DNA of 63,812 nt, the filler included, from Reticulomyxa filosa (lineage: Eukaryota; Protista; Foraminifera): assembly GCA_000512085.1 (NCBI GenBank). It is 9 parts of 9 records of this genome, joined end to end, with 100 filler letters (N's around TTAATTAATTAA, not from the genome) between each part and the next. Parts side by side here need not be neighbours in the genome. Positions count along the whole stretch, not along the records: positions 1 to 14,666 come from ASPP01004444.1; 8 more parts are not named here. One strand, 5' to 3'. Numbering within the stretch: position 1 is the first letter of the stretch; every line of letters starts with the position of its first letter. Made by a program: the position numbers and the translations under genes. The notes beneath the pieces were generated by a model, which saw nothing but the letters and a program-made list of their open reading frames with translations, was not told the DNA's origin and made no database searches. Shown piece by piece: positions 1 to 11,620 of this stretch.

Positions 1-549
1 GTGCCATTTAGGTATGGCAGTTTTTTTTGCAATCTAATGTAGTAATCGTATTTTTTTTGACAATTTAGCTTAGTTAGAATAAATAATGTACTTTTTCTTT
101 CTCTTTCTGCAACACAATATCTGTTTTGTTGGAATGATTTCACTTATGGTCGAATACATCTAAAGCATATGTGGATCTTAATTTTGTATATGTAAAGTTA
201 TTTCAGCCAAATATAATATATTGTAGTCGTTTATTAAAATCAAGCTCAGTCCTCTCCAGGTCCACCATGTGTGAATTATTACCTGTCTGAAAATATATTT
301 TTTCGTGTAGATTATTCACTCTTTTAAACTTTTTTCTGGAAAAAAAAAATGTATTGCATCCGAGTTTGGGATATCTAACAGATAAATTTACCAATAGCAA
401 CGACACTATTTCACTAGTCGTATTGAAAGCAAGTTCTCTCAAAAAAAAGCAACTGAAATACAACTCGTTTTATTTCACATATTCACTTGTTTCCTTTTCA
501 ACAAAAAATAAAACTCGGTTTTTAGGTAATAAACAAAAATTGCCTCGGT

Positions 550-3500
550 TTACTTCCATTTTACAGTCATTTTAAAGCTGTTGACGTAGAGCTATGATAA
601 AAACAATGCAAACAACCCTTGTATTACACGTTTTGAGTTACACACATGCATACGTAACGTGATGGCCACCTCCGTTTCCGACGTAACGGAAAAGCCGCAA
701 CACATCTCCTTCATCAATGCTCTTAACAGCTGGGTGGTCACTGTCAAAAGTAATGTCTACAGTCTCAAAATCATGAGGTGCCACTGATTTTGGAATTTCG
801 TAGTAGTCACCTTTGAATTCATCCTCGCTTTTAGAATCTTTTTTGATAACAGCCAAATAAAGCATTGACTTTTGATTTCCATAGCTAAATATGCACATCA
901 CATAATTGAATAGAATAGAATAGAAACACGAGGAACCTAAACAATCATTTGTTTTTTTCAAAAAAACTGTTCAACTCACCCTTGGTCTCTCCATTTAAAA
1001 GAAAAATTAATGCTTTCAGCTTGGCAAGGACATTGGACTGCATCATTGAGAAGTAGCTGTCTTTCATCATCCACAGGACCTTCCAGGCTAATGTCTTGTT
1101 TCGCTTTCACCACTGTGTCTTCTCGAGAAGCTGTATTTTTTTTTTCGTTACCAAAATAGCTTGTGCATTTTTATTTGTGGAGAAGAAAGATATTGCATTC
1201 ATAATTGATAGTAAGAGAGATACTCTAGTTTTTCCACCTACGTCCTTTTTTCGGGGCTAGTAAATATACAACAACCATAATTGATATTATAAGATAAAAA
1301 AAAAACAAGCAGAAACAATAAAGCACCCAACCGAGAGTTATCACTGCCAGGAAATTTTTAACGTATAGCTATGTGATCATTCACACAATCACTTGTCAAA
1401 AAACAAAACAAAACATATCTACTATCTATATGTGCATATATGTATATAGACTGTTTTTCCCTCCTCCGCTCTCATTATTCCGTCTATTTTTTTTTCATTT
1501 GATCCAAACTTGATGTCCGCCACCACCTCCGACATAGCGAGCAAATTGTATGGTTGATCCTGTTAATTTCTGAAACCCATTCGGAATTTCTGTCAGTAAA
1601 TTCCTTGGCAACGCCTTCCCAATTATGGGGAGCAATACCGAAACAGTCGTGATCTTGCGCATTGCCAGAGGGATTAACTACACGAACATACAGAGTGCCT
1701 TTCTGGTTACCCCATCCTTGGTCCTTCCAGTCACAACTCACTTTGATGGAACTCACTGAAGAGTCGCATTTCACTGAATCTTTAACTAACAGCTGCACTT
1801 GATCGTTGTACTCGCCCACAAAATAGAGTGAATTGTTTTGAACTGTCACGGTTTTGACTTGTTCTACCATGCACACACAATTATTTATATAATGAGTTTA
1901 ACAAAAAAAAAAAGGGTCAAGTTAACTGAATTTCACAATCGCAACAAACTCTGTAACGAACATCTGTTGATTGACAAGGCACAAGCGATTCCATAAACAT
2001 AAAAACACATTTCCTCTGCTAAAGCAGTCAAAAAAAAAAAAACAAGTAACAAAACTTCGTGTCCACCGCCTCCACCAACATAACGATGGAATTGAAGAAT
2101 ATCTCCTGCGCTGATATTTTTTACAATATCACTTGTAGCGGAAAAAGTTTGGGAGACCTTGGTCCAATTATGTGGAGCAATATTAAAGAGATCATACTCT
2201 TTTTTCTCTTTTCTGTTAGAATCGAAAATACACAGATATAATCTAGACTTTTGATTTCCCCATCCTTGGTCTTTCCATTGACAAGATACGTTAATGGACT
2301 CGACAGCTAAACTGCATTTGATCTCATCACGAACAAGCAATTGTCTTGAGTCATTGTGTTCTCCATAAAAATGGATATCTGAACCTTTCACAACAGCTTC
2401 GGATTTGCTTTGCTTTTCATCATCACCGGAATTGCTAGCTTGTGCTTTTACTCGTTCTGTTTCCAATCTCAACTTTTCTAATTCCAATTGTTGTTGTCGA
2501 TCCGCTTGCAAGCGCCGATATTCTTCTTCTTTTTCTCGCTTATCTTTTTCCTGTTTCAGTTTCTCTTGTTCAACTTTCAATTTCTCCAATTCTAATTTTT
2601 GATTTAACTCACGTTCTTGTCGTAAGTGCTCTTGTTTTTTTGCATCTTCCTTGCTTTGCAATTCCTTATCCAACAGCGCCAGTCTCTCCTTCTCTGCCGT
2701 CTCAATCGCCAATTGCTTGTTCTCCTTTTTTTTTTTTCCCCTCAAAGTATTCCGTCTTTTGTTTTAAAAATACTCGTAAATGGCCAGTTTTAAATCCCAT
2801 TCCTTTCAAATCCTCCTCAGTCAAGTCTTCCCAACTCTCCACCGTATCAAATCCGTCTTGCTCTACACAATTGTTACAAGTCCAAATGGAGTATAATCAC
2901 AATTACCAAGGTTGATTATATCCGAACATATATATGTACATGTATATAAACACACGCATATAATTATAAGTTACTTATTACTATGTACGTATACACTTTT
3001 TTAAAAAAGAATATTTCCCTCCCTCTTTGCACCTTACAAGAAAACTAAAATATGTATATAAAAGACAAAAAAACTCTCTTGTCTTTTCTGTCCCCTTCCC
3101 CCTCCTCTACTTGATTTATTGTATTACATAGAGACAAAAAAATACAATATCAAACGGTACCTAAGAGTTGTAGATAGGAAGTAAGGGTGCCATCGACGTC
3201 AATTTGGATGATTCCATCAGGTGATTTTTTGCTTTTATCCGGAAGCCATTTTTTCAACAACTCTTCACACGTTTCCTTCGGACCTTCATCTCCTTTTGTG
3301 GTGGTTTTTCCCTCTTCTCCTCCTTCCTCATCACTACCTTGATCCTTGTCAAAATTGCGTGGTACGTACTGTTCGTTCTTGCCAATTTTGGGTTTAATGT
3401 GTTCCGTCACGTAATCGTATGCCATGTTGCGATCACCCATTTCAAACAGCCTGGCACGTTTGTACACGTAGTGTGAGTCCTTCTTATACTTGTAAAAGAT

Positions 3501-4757
3501 CTCGTGATGGAATTGCACCTCACAGACTAAGCCCGTTCCTGGACAGTTCAAATTCACTAACAAATCTCGGTATCCAAATGCCACTTCTTTCGGATTGAAG
3601 CGATCTTTTGCACGTAATATCCCGCCTTTTATCGACGTATTCTCATTCGCCATTTTTTTCACTATTGAAAATGCTCGATACAAATCCACAAAGTTGTCAA
3701 ACACAAACGAGCACCGCATTAAGTCCGTCATTTGCTTGTGGTCGCCGACGTATACGTAATAAGTCTATCATGTCATCCATCCCATTTGCAATATTTTGTA
3801 TTTTACGTGTGCAAGCGTCGTTACTACTTTTCGCAACTCATAAATTTTTTTTTTTTTTTTTTTTTTTAAATGTATGGCAAAATTTTAAAAAACGCAACTT
3901 TGTAAAAAGTTCTTTCAATATTTTTACACGAAACCTTTGAATGTTTGAGTGTTTTCACTTTTTGTTTCTTGAATTCGCTCAACACTTGCGAAATAAACTT
4001 TTCAAATGCCGGAAGATACAGATGTTGCGCTCCAAACATCAACGACACAATGTTTGAACCCTTTTTTTTTTTTTTTAACAACAAAAAAAAAAAAGGTGAG
4101 AATAAGATTATGATCGCAGTGAAACATGTAATCAATACATACAAAGTATACGTTGACGTTTACAAAATAATACCTCAGTCAGTGGCTTGGGTTTACGTTC
4201 GTACTCATCCATATCGGGCGCATACACGCTTCTAGCTTTTTCTTGTTCACTTTTATGGGGCGCGTATAGTTCATCATACATTTTTTGTACCAATACCTTT
4301 TTTTTTATGTATGTTATTTTTTTTTCCGCTTTCCGTCCTTTTTCCCCCCCCTAATCTCTTTGCAATACTAAAAAAAAAAAAAAAAAACTGTTGATCGCAG
4401 GAAATCACCCAATTCCAAGACTTGCAAAGAATTCAATAATTCTCTTTCGTCATCTAATGCTCTTTGTTTGGCTCGTCGTAACAGTGTTTGATTCTCCTTG
4501 TCAACCACATTGTCGATGGCTGCTTCAACCAATGAATCCTGCTCTTTCATTCTCTGCAAATGCTGACTTATCATGTCAGTCAATGCCTTTAATCCTCCCA
4601 AGCCAGCTGTTCACACATTCATACACCTTTCATCAATTGTTGTCTTAAAATACGATCACTCATTCTAATTGTATAAATGTACACAAAAAGAAAGCGCTTG
4701 TTTTTCTCCTGTACATGTCGACGACAGCCGCTTGTCTTTTTCTCCAGCTGATGTCAT
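550..4757 (-). CDS. Multi-exon gene: RelA/SpoT-like nucleotidyltransferase + SAM domain + coiled coil + 3 tandem 'DQGWGN' repeat domains
   Basis: Splicing ORFs 3866..4144 and 3150..3731 gives KNIERTFYK|TYYVYVGDHKQMTDLMRCSFVF...RAKDRF...FGYRDLLVN...CEVQFHH...SHYVYK (RelA/SpoT synthetase-type motifs). The exon from 2862 reads EQDGFDTVESWEDLTEEDLKGMGFKTGHLRVF (SAM-like). Three ~110-aa repeats follow. The last exon 550-591 reads LYVNSFKMTVKWK*. The 5' exons and start codon (4757) are tentative. Apparent frameshifts occur at ~2730 (T-run) and ~1555. Confidence 0.75.
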
Positions 4758-5264
4758 GTCTTTTTACGTTTCTCAAACACAATAGTTGCGATTTTTAAAG
4801 GATTATTTCAGCTTTGGCAAGTTTAACTTTGACCCTGCCGGCTTTCTTTTAGCGAGTTCTCGTAGAACATGCTTTTCTTTCAAAGGGATGCCAAAAATAT
4901 TTTAATGGAAATTTCAACACTCTTTATGCGATTCAACCAACTGTGGTGTCTCAATATTGAAATAATTAATGGAAATATTACATGTATTGTAAAAAAGTTT
5001 GCAAATATGTCTACATTTTTTCAATTTTTTAGATTTACTGTGTTTGTGGCAAACTGTATTAATAATCTTGGAAGAAAAAGTATATGTAATGATTAAATTA
5101 CTAATAAAATTAAAATTAATTATGGTATATCGAAATGTTACGTTTAGTTCCATTATGAAAATGGAAGAAATCAATTACACTTAAATTAATAACAAGTTTG
5201 TGTTCCATACTAGGTTAGGATGGAACATTTGACTTGTGACTTAAAGACGCACAAAACACTTACA

Positions 5265-6880
5265 TTATTTCCATGAGGTTTTAGTCGTTTTTGAGCGATT
5301 TACTGTCAACACCTTCTTAGTTTTGACAACGTCGTTGGCATGAGCAGTGTCTACGCGAAAGGGGTTTGTTTCGTCATAAATGAGCTCAAAATCCCCCACT
5401 TGAGCACTTGTATTCCATGATGCACATCCTTGAGAGATTTGAGTAGAAGGAAAATCTGGTGGCACAACACATGCAAATACATCTTTCAATAGTTTTCTTT
5501 TAACGTCCCGGTCGTTCTTTGTTGTCGCACTTAAAGAAGGTGATGCGTTCACCTCAAGTAACCACGGCTTCAGATCCTCATCCACGAGTATATCATAGCC
5601 ATAGCATTCAAAACAATGTTTGTCATTTATAATTACCTGTGTTTGATCATGTGTATATATGTATGGCATCTATATGTCATAATTTCAAATGTATTATTTC
5701 AAAGTGTGAAAAAGATGTTAGTCCCCTTTTTTTTGTTGCACATAACACTCTGGACTGCAAGTAAAGAATGAATAATGATGACTTTGATTTTTTTGATCAA
5801 CTGGACACTTGCTTCATTTCCGAAAATCCCTTCTACATAGGTGATAAAGTTTTCAAATGACCATTTGTTGCCATGATTGGGATTATAATCAGCTCCATGT
5901 TTTTGAATGGCAACATTGGTCAAATGTATTTCTGTGTTATTCATTTCTTCTTTTTTTAAGGTATATTTCACATTGCTAAAGCGTCCAAAGCCTTGCTTGT
6001 GGAAATATACTCGTAGAGGGCGATAGGATGTGACTAATACATACAATCGTAAATCAAATTTTTTACCACCAATTAACAGTGGCTTCTCAATGTACCGTGA
6101 CACTACATAAGGTTCTTCTTTGTTATGTCCGTATGACGGGCTCCATTTTTTCAATTGTATGAGTTTGTCAATGATAAATATTCCTATGCATTATTTTTTT
6201 TTTTTTTCTTTTTTTGCTGCTGTGCAAGGTAGTAAAAAAATATATGTGGTGCCAAGGGTTTTTTTTTACCTGCTCCTTGGGCTTTGCACGTTGGTTTTAA
6301 TATCCACTTTGTTCCTTTTAGTATTTTTTTAAATTCTTCCTCGAATAAACCGTAGTCATTTGGAAGCAAATAAGTGGACGGCACAAAGTCCAAATGAATG
6401 TACGTGCCATTTGAATTGCGTGCGGCAATTGGATTTCCATTTTTTTCAAGGTTTTTACGGTAGCGTTTAATATTTTTTACCATCAAATCTTTACGTGTCA
6501 GTTCAAAATGGTTTGGAAAATGGTTTATAATTTGATCGTCTCTCAAGCGTACCCCTGACTCGAAATTGAACAATTTTCGAACTCGGGACACAGATGCCCA
6601 GTACACGTTCCATTCTTCATCATCTATTGTCATCTTCCAACCTCTATCTTCTGCATTTTGCAAAAGGCAGTGTTTTTGTAAATCAGTTCGGAAATGGACT
6701 TGTTCCGAACGACTGTCTGCGTGTTTAATGTTTAAAATGTTTGCGTATGCTTGGAATGAGCAAAAAAAAAAAATGTTTAGTGCACAAAAATTTGACAAAA
6801 ACAAACCGAAACAATTACCAACTGGCGTCTGTATGATGTCAACAATTTCAACAAGAACCAGTTTGAGATTGTTATCACAT
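5265..6880 (-). CDS. TTLL1: Tubulin polyglutamylase, TTLL1-like (multi-exon)
   Basis: [68 protein letters not shown] and [32 protein letters not shown] match the TTLL1 subfamily. The start codon is tentative. Confidence 0.9.
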
Positions 6881-7131
6881 AAACTAAGTGGAAAGAAGCT
6901 ATTTAATCATAAAATTTCTAAAAGCTTTTTTTTAACGATTTTAAAAATTCTTTAAGCATTTTTATGACAGCTTAAAAAAAAAGTTGGATAAGTTTGCGAA
7001 AAATAAAAAAAGGTGAAATATTGAAAAGAGTAAGAACGAATTTTCGTCTAAAAAATTAAAAAAAATGCAGAAACAAAGAAATTACTTGGACGAAGACATT
7101 TTTGTAGATTTGTAATCGCAATAAACAAAAC

Positions 7132-7785
7132 CTAAGAAGCCGAGGCCAATAAAAACAACTCCAACGAATTGCATATCATATAGTGTGGTGTCATGCAGTA
7201 TTTGTCGACAACAAGTTGGAGAGGTATGCCTAGAACAAAGCCGATGCTAATGAAGAGAGGATAGATCCAAATGACTCCAAAGATCACCAACCAATCAAAC
7301 AACAACCCACACAATGCACTCAAGCTGATAACTAACCAGTCATAGCTATTGGTAAACAATCGTGACCAATGAAGGATCTCATATCCCGTTGCATCAAAGA
7401 TCCACATCAATGGCCACACAAACAATAAATTAAATGCTCCCAAAAGAGCCAAAAATATTAACAATTCCCACGTGTCCAAATTTTTCAAACACTTTTTCGA
7501 CGTGGTTTTAAACAATGCCGCGCTCATGGCCGACAAAGGTGCAAGGAGGGCTCCAACGGCCACCATTTCAAACTTGTAGTTCATTGCTCGAAGTTCAATC
7601 AAAAGCACTCCTACAATACTGCATGCCACACATAGCACGCGCTGCCATCGATAACGTTGCACCATTAGTTGTGTCGTCTCGTCACTCCTTAAAATCAACA
7701 ATGAAAAGATATATACCCACGCAGGTTCACTATTGAATAACGCTGACACTTCGCTTGCTGAAACACTATCTAAAGCTCTTTGCGG

Positions 7786-7817
<32 letters not shown>

Positions 7818-8411
7818 TATGTATATGTATATATATGTATGTATATGCAAGATCGTCTATCTTTTATATTTCCTTTTTTCTACACACACTCATTTTTTTT
7901 TTTTTTGACGAAACTTGACAAACGTATAATTGGCTCCAAAGTACAAAAGATAGAATAACGGAACCCATTTTGACAGAGACAATATAAGCTGTCCAAAATT
8001 TTTTTTTTTTAGGGTCTTATCCGTTCCCTGGCTCGTCTTGCAAAATTTGAAGATGACAGCCACTGCACATAACATTTTGAAATTGGTTGTGTACCAAAGT
8101 GTAAACATGGCCGGAAATGCATATGATTGTGATGCATTGCTTGTATGCGATTTTTGCGCAAATTGCAATAGCTGAGTTGTTGTTACCCACACAAATGCTA
8201 TTGATATCACCATACCAATATTTTGCGATAATGATTTTATTGATGCTTTCACACCTGTCCTTGCTTCTTCTCCACTCTTTACTATATCGTTTTGGACGTC
8301 TGAGCTGTTTCTACCTATTAAGTTGTTCCTTTCTTCGTCTTTAGAGAGAAAGGATTTGGATTTCCACTGAGTGGAATGCTCTGGACTTGAGTCAAATGGA
8401 ATGTCCTCCAT
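7132..8411 (-). CDS. SLC35F3/F4-like (DMT/EamA superfamily) transporter
   Basis: Multiple hydrophobic helices. Motifs WVTTTQLLQ, FPAMFTLWYTTNF, SALFNSEPAWVYIFSLLIL, FLALLGAFNLLFVWP and YPLFISIGFVLGIPLQLVVD. One intron with a (TA)n tract at ~7785-7915. The 3' end is approximate. Confidence 0.75.
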
Positions 8412-8635
8412 TCAATGTTGTCAATAACAAGCTAATTGAAAGTTCTGCAATGACAAGGGCCCAGTATTAAAAATAAACTAACAACCCGTTTTCTCTTTTT
8501 ACTTTTGAAACTAAAATAAAAACAAAACCAAGTGACTCTTTTAAAAAACTTAAACGAAATCTTATTTGTATCGTTTGCATTTGTCAAATCCAGTTAAAGT
8601 AGTAAGGGTAGTTGACAAGCAAAGAAAAAAGAAAA

Positions 8636-9771
8636 ATGACAAGTTCAACAAATGATAATGGTGAAATACCTCAGATAACAACATTTGGATTTTCTGTTTC
8701 TCAGCTTCAAGCAATAATATGCACACATGGCATTCCCAGCCTTCCACATTTTGTGTTTTTATTGGCAAGTCCATTGGCGTTAAATGCTTCGGACCACAAG
8801 AATTCCCTCTTTTCAGTGGCGAATATCGAATCGCATCGCTATCACACGGCGTTAACGCACATGTTTGCAACTGAAACGAAAATCAGAGGTTGGAATCGAT
8901 TGCACTTGGTTTCATTGCTTCATTCCTTTCGGCACATTTTGTCATTTGACAAAGGTAAATTAATTGATAACATGAGATAAGAAAGGGGCAAAAGAAAACA
9001 TAACAAAAAAAAAAAAAAGATTCGTTGCAACTGTGGATATTTTGGCTTTGCTATTTGAGTGGAGGACTAGTACGCAGTGGTTGTCATCTATGGCAATATC
9101 AATACAACTTGAAACAGCTGCAAAGCTATCGTGAATCTCGACAAAATAGAAACCAACAGCAAAAAGTAGGCACGTCGACTGGTGGCGAAAAACAGCCGAA
9201 GGAGACATTTCAAAAAGATTACGAAATTGATTATGTCGATGACACAATCTTAAAGAATGTGTATCACAGTAACAATGCGGATACATTCATTTGTGATAAC
9301 CGTGGTGGTGTGAATGCTTTGATTGGCTTTGATTACATGTATTCTTTGATACATTTGTGGGAACAGTGCAGTGACATATTGACACATTATGCCAAAGTTT
9401 TGCGATATGTTTGGATATATTCTTTGAGCGGTGTGTTAAAGAAGCAACACGTTTTTTTTTTTTTTTTGTAACTTCTTACAAAATCATAGACAAGAGAATG
9501 GAAAACAACGATGGCAACACGATTAAAGTTATTGTGTAGTTGTGGCGTAGTTACTGTTGTCAGCTATGACTTAGTCAACGCTTTGACAAACATTTATTCT
9601 CAAGAAAAAGAAAAAAATAAGGTTGCTGGTGGCTATGGCTATTTTTGTGCATTTGAATTTCAAGGGCAGCCTTCTCAACTACCTTATGTTTGCTCTGTTG
9701 CTACTGGCATGTGCTTTTATACTTGTTATTGGCTGTGGCTGCGCTTCTCTCGAAAAAAATCCTCTCACTAA
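8636..9771 (+). CDS. Divergent rhomboid-superfamily membrane protein, probably catalytically inactive
   Basis: Three exons splice in frame (GT at 8955, AG before 9020). RYHTALTHMFA, LHLVSLLHSF, FWLCYLSGGLV and NRGGVNALIG occur in the order of rhomboid motifs, but the GxS serine and TM6 histidine are not evident. Confidence 0.45.
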
Positions 9772-10347
9772 ATTACTGCTCTTTATTATTTCTCACACTA
9801 CATGACTATCTTTGTTATTAATGTATTTTATTTCTTTTTTATCTTCTTATTTCGCGTTTCATACTATTTTCATTGGTATGTCCTTTTACACAGTTTCATA
9901 AACTTATGCAACTTTTTTATTCGAACCAAACATGAACAAAACAAACGGATATATATCACTTCATTGTTTTTTAAATTTCTCGAGGTCTACTTAGTTAATG
10001 TCCACGTGTAAAACTTAAAGCCCTATCTTAATCGGATACTTATCACTTATTTAATTGCAAACTCACTTTAAATTAACAATTTGTGAGCGGGCAACATTGT
10101 TAGTAGGTCGAAATGCACCATTGTTTTCTAATTTTTTATGGAAAATCTTCACATGCTGCAAATATTTACTTATAGTTTTTTTGTATTGGCACGGTTTACG
10201 ATGAAAGATCAACATAAAAAAATTTTTACATTTCACAAAAAAAATCCAATTCGATTTGTTTTTTACAACGCAAATAATTTGCCTTTACATTTTTCCCTTC
10301 CCTCCCTCCATCCAAAAAATGCTTGCAGTCTTATTAGGTAATATGCA

Positions 10348-11620
10348 TCACCCCCAAAATTGAATTGTTTGATTTTGAGAAGCAGAGAGAATTAGACTGC
10401 CATCGGGTGAAACATCTACTCCTGAAATAAAAACAGAATTTCTGTCTAATTTCAGCAGTTCATGCCCTAATTTTGCATCCCACAATCGAATTGTTCTATC
10501 ATATGAACACGACACAATTGTTTTACCATCTGAAGAAAACGTCACATCAACTACGTCATCTCCATGTCCTCTCAAGCTTCGTATTTCTTTTCCTGACTCC
10601 ACATCCCATATTCGAACAGTTTTATCACTTGAACAAGATACAATGGAATAGCCATCAGGAGAAAACTGTGCTTTTAGTACAGCATTTAAATGTCCTTTCA
10701 AATTATGCACTCTTTCACCTGATTTTATATCCCACATTCCAATTGTATTGTCATCAGACGCCGATACAAGCATTTGACCATTTGGTGAAAATTGAACATC
10801 ATTAACCCCTTTTGAATGTCCTTCAAATGTTTTTATCTCTTGTCCAGATTTCACGTCCCACAGCCGGATTATTTTATCTGATGATGACGACACAATAGTA
10901 CAATTATCTGGTGAAAATTGAGCTCTTGTTATAGTACTTGCATACACTTCGAATCTTTTGATTTCCGTTCCTGATTTTGTGTTCCATAATCGAATTGTAC
11001 CATCAAATGAGCAAGAAATAATCATAGTGCCATCCCGTGAAAACTGTGCATTGTTAACCGAACTTGAATGCCCTTTCAAAATATAAATTTCATCTTCCAA
11101 TGATATATCCCAAATTCGGACTGTCCTATCTTTGGATGTTGAAACAATTCTGTTGCCATCTGGTGAAAATTTTGCGCTTGTTGCAGCATCAGTATGTCCC
11201 GGGAGAACTTTTAACAGGTGAAAGTGTTTGGCCTGTTCATATTGGCCGATTATTTTAGATTACGAATTCAAACGAAATAAAACCAAAAAAATACATAATA
11301 TATACATATGTATATGTACATATATGGAAAAAAAGTCCAATCGAAGCAAATGAGCTGCACTAAACATATCGTGCAATGATTTTGTTGAAATCATCAATCC
11401 ATCCCCAATTAATATAAAATGATCTGAGCCAAGTGTCTATTATTCTCCTTGTTTCATATTCGGTCTGGTTTGTTTATGTTTTATTATGCAACGTAAATTG
11501 ATATCACAGGATTAAGTAAAAAAAGAGGACTCAAAAATACACGTAAAAAAAAAAAAAAAAAAAAGCACTTACAGAACGTGGCAAATGGATTTGTTGAGTG
11601 GGGTTTTTTTTGGGTTTCAT
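10348..11620 (-). CDS. WD40-repeat protein (about 7 repeats) with N-terminal GWIDDF module
   Basis: Regular GH...FSPDG..IVS.S.D.TIR.WD repeats. Upstream exons encode MKPKKNPTQQIHLPRS and TEYETRRIIDTWLRSFYINWGWIDDFNKIIARY (11366-11464). Confidence 0.9.

Noticed and set aside
3150-3950. RelA/SpoT-like region as bacterial contamination or a plastid-type RSH
   Set aside because: It is interrupted by spliceosomal introns, is contiguous with TTLL1, and shows no HD domain or evident transit peptide.
7786-7845. (TA)n tracts here and at ~56160-56220 and ~61105-61145 as hairpin or cruciform elements
   Set aside because: Ordinary intronic microsatellites with no further structure.
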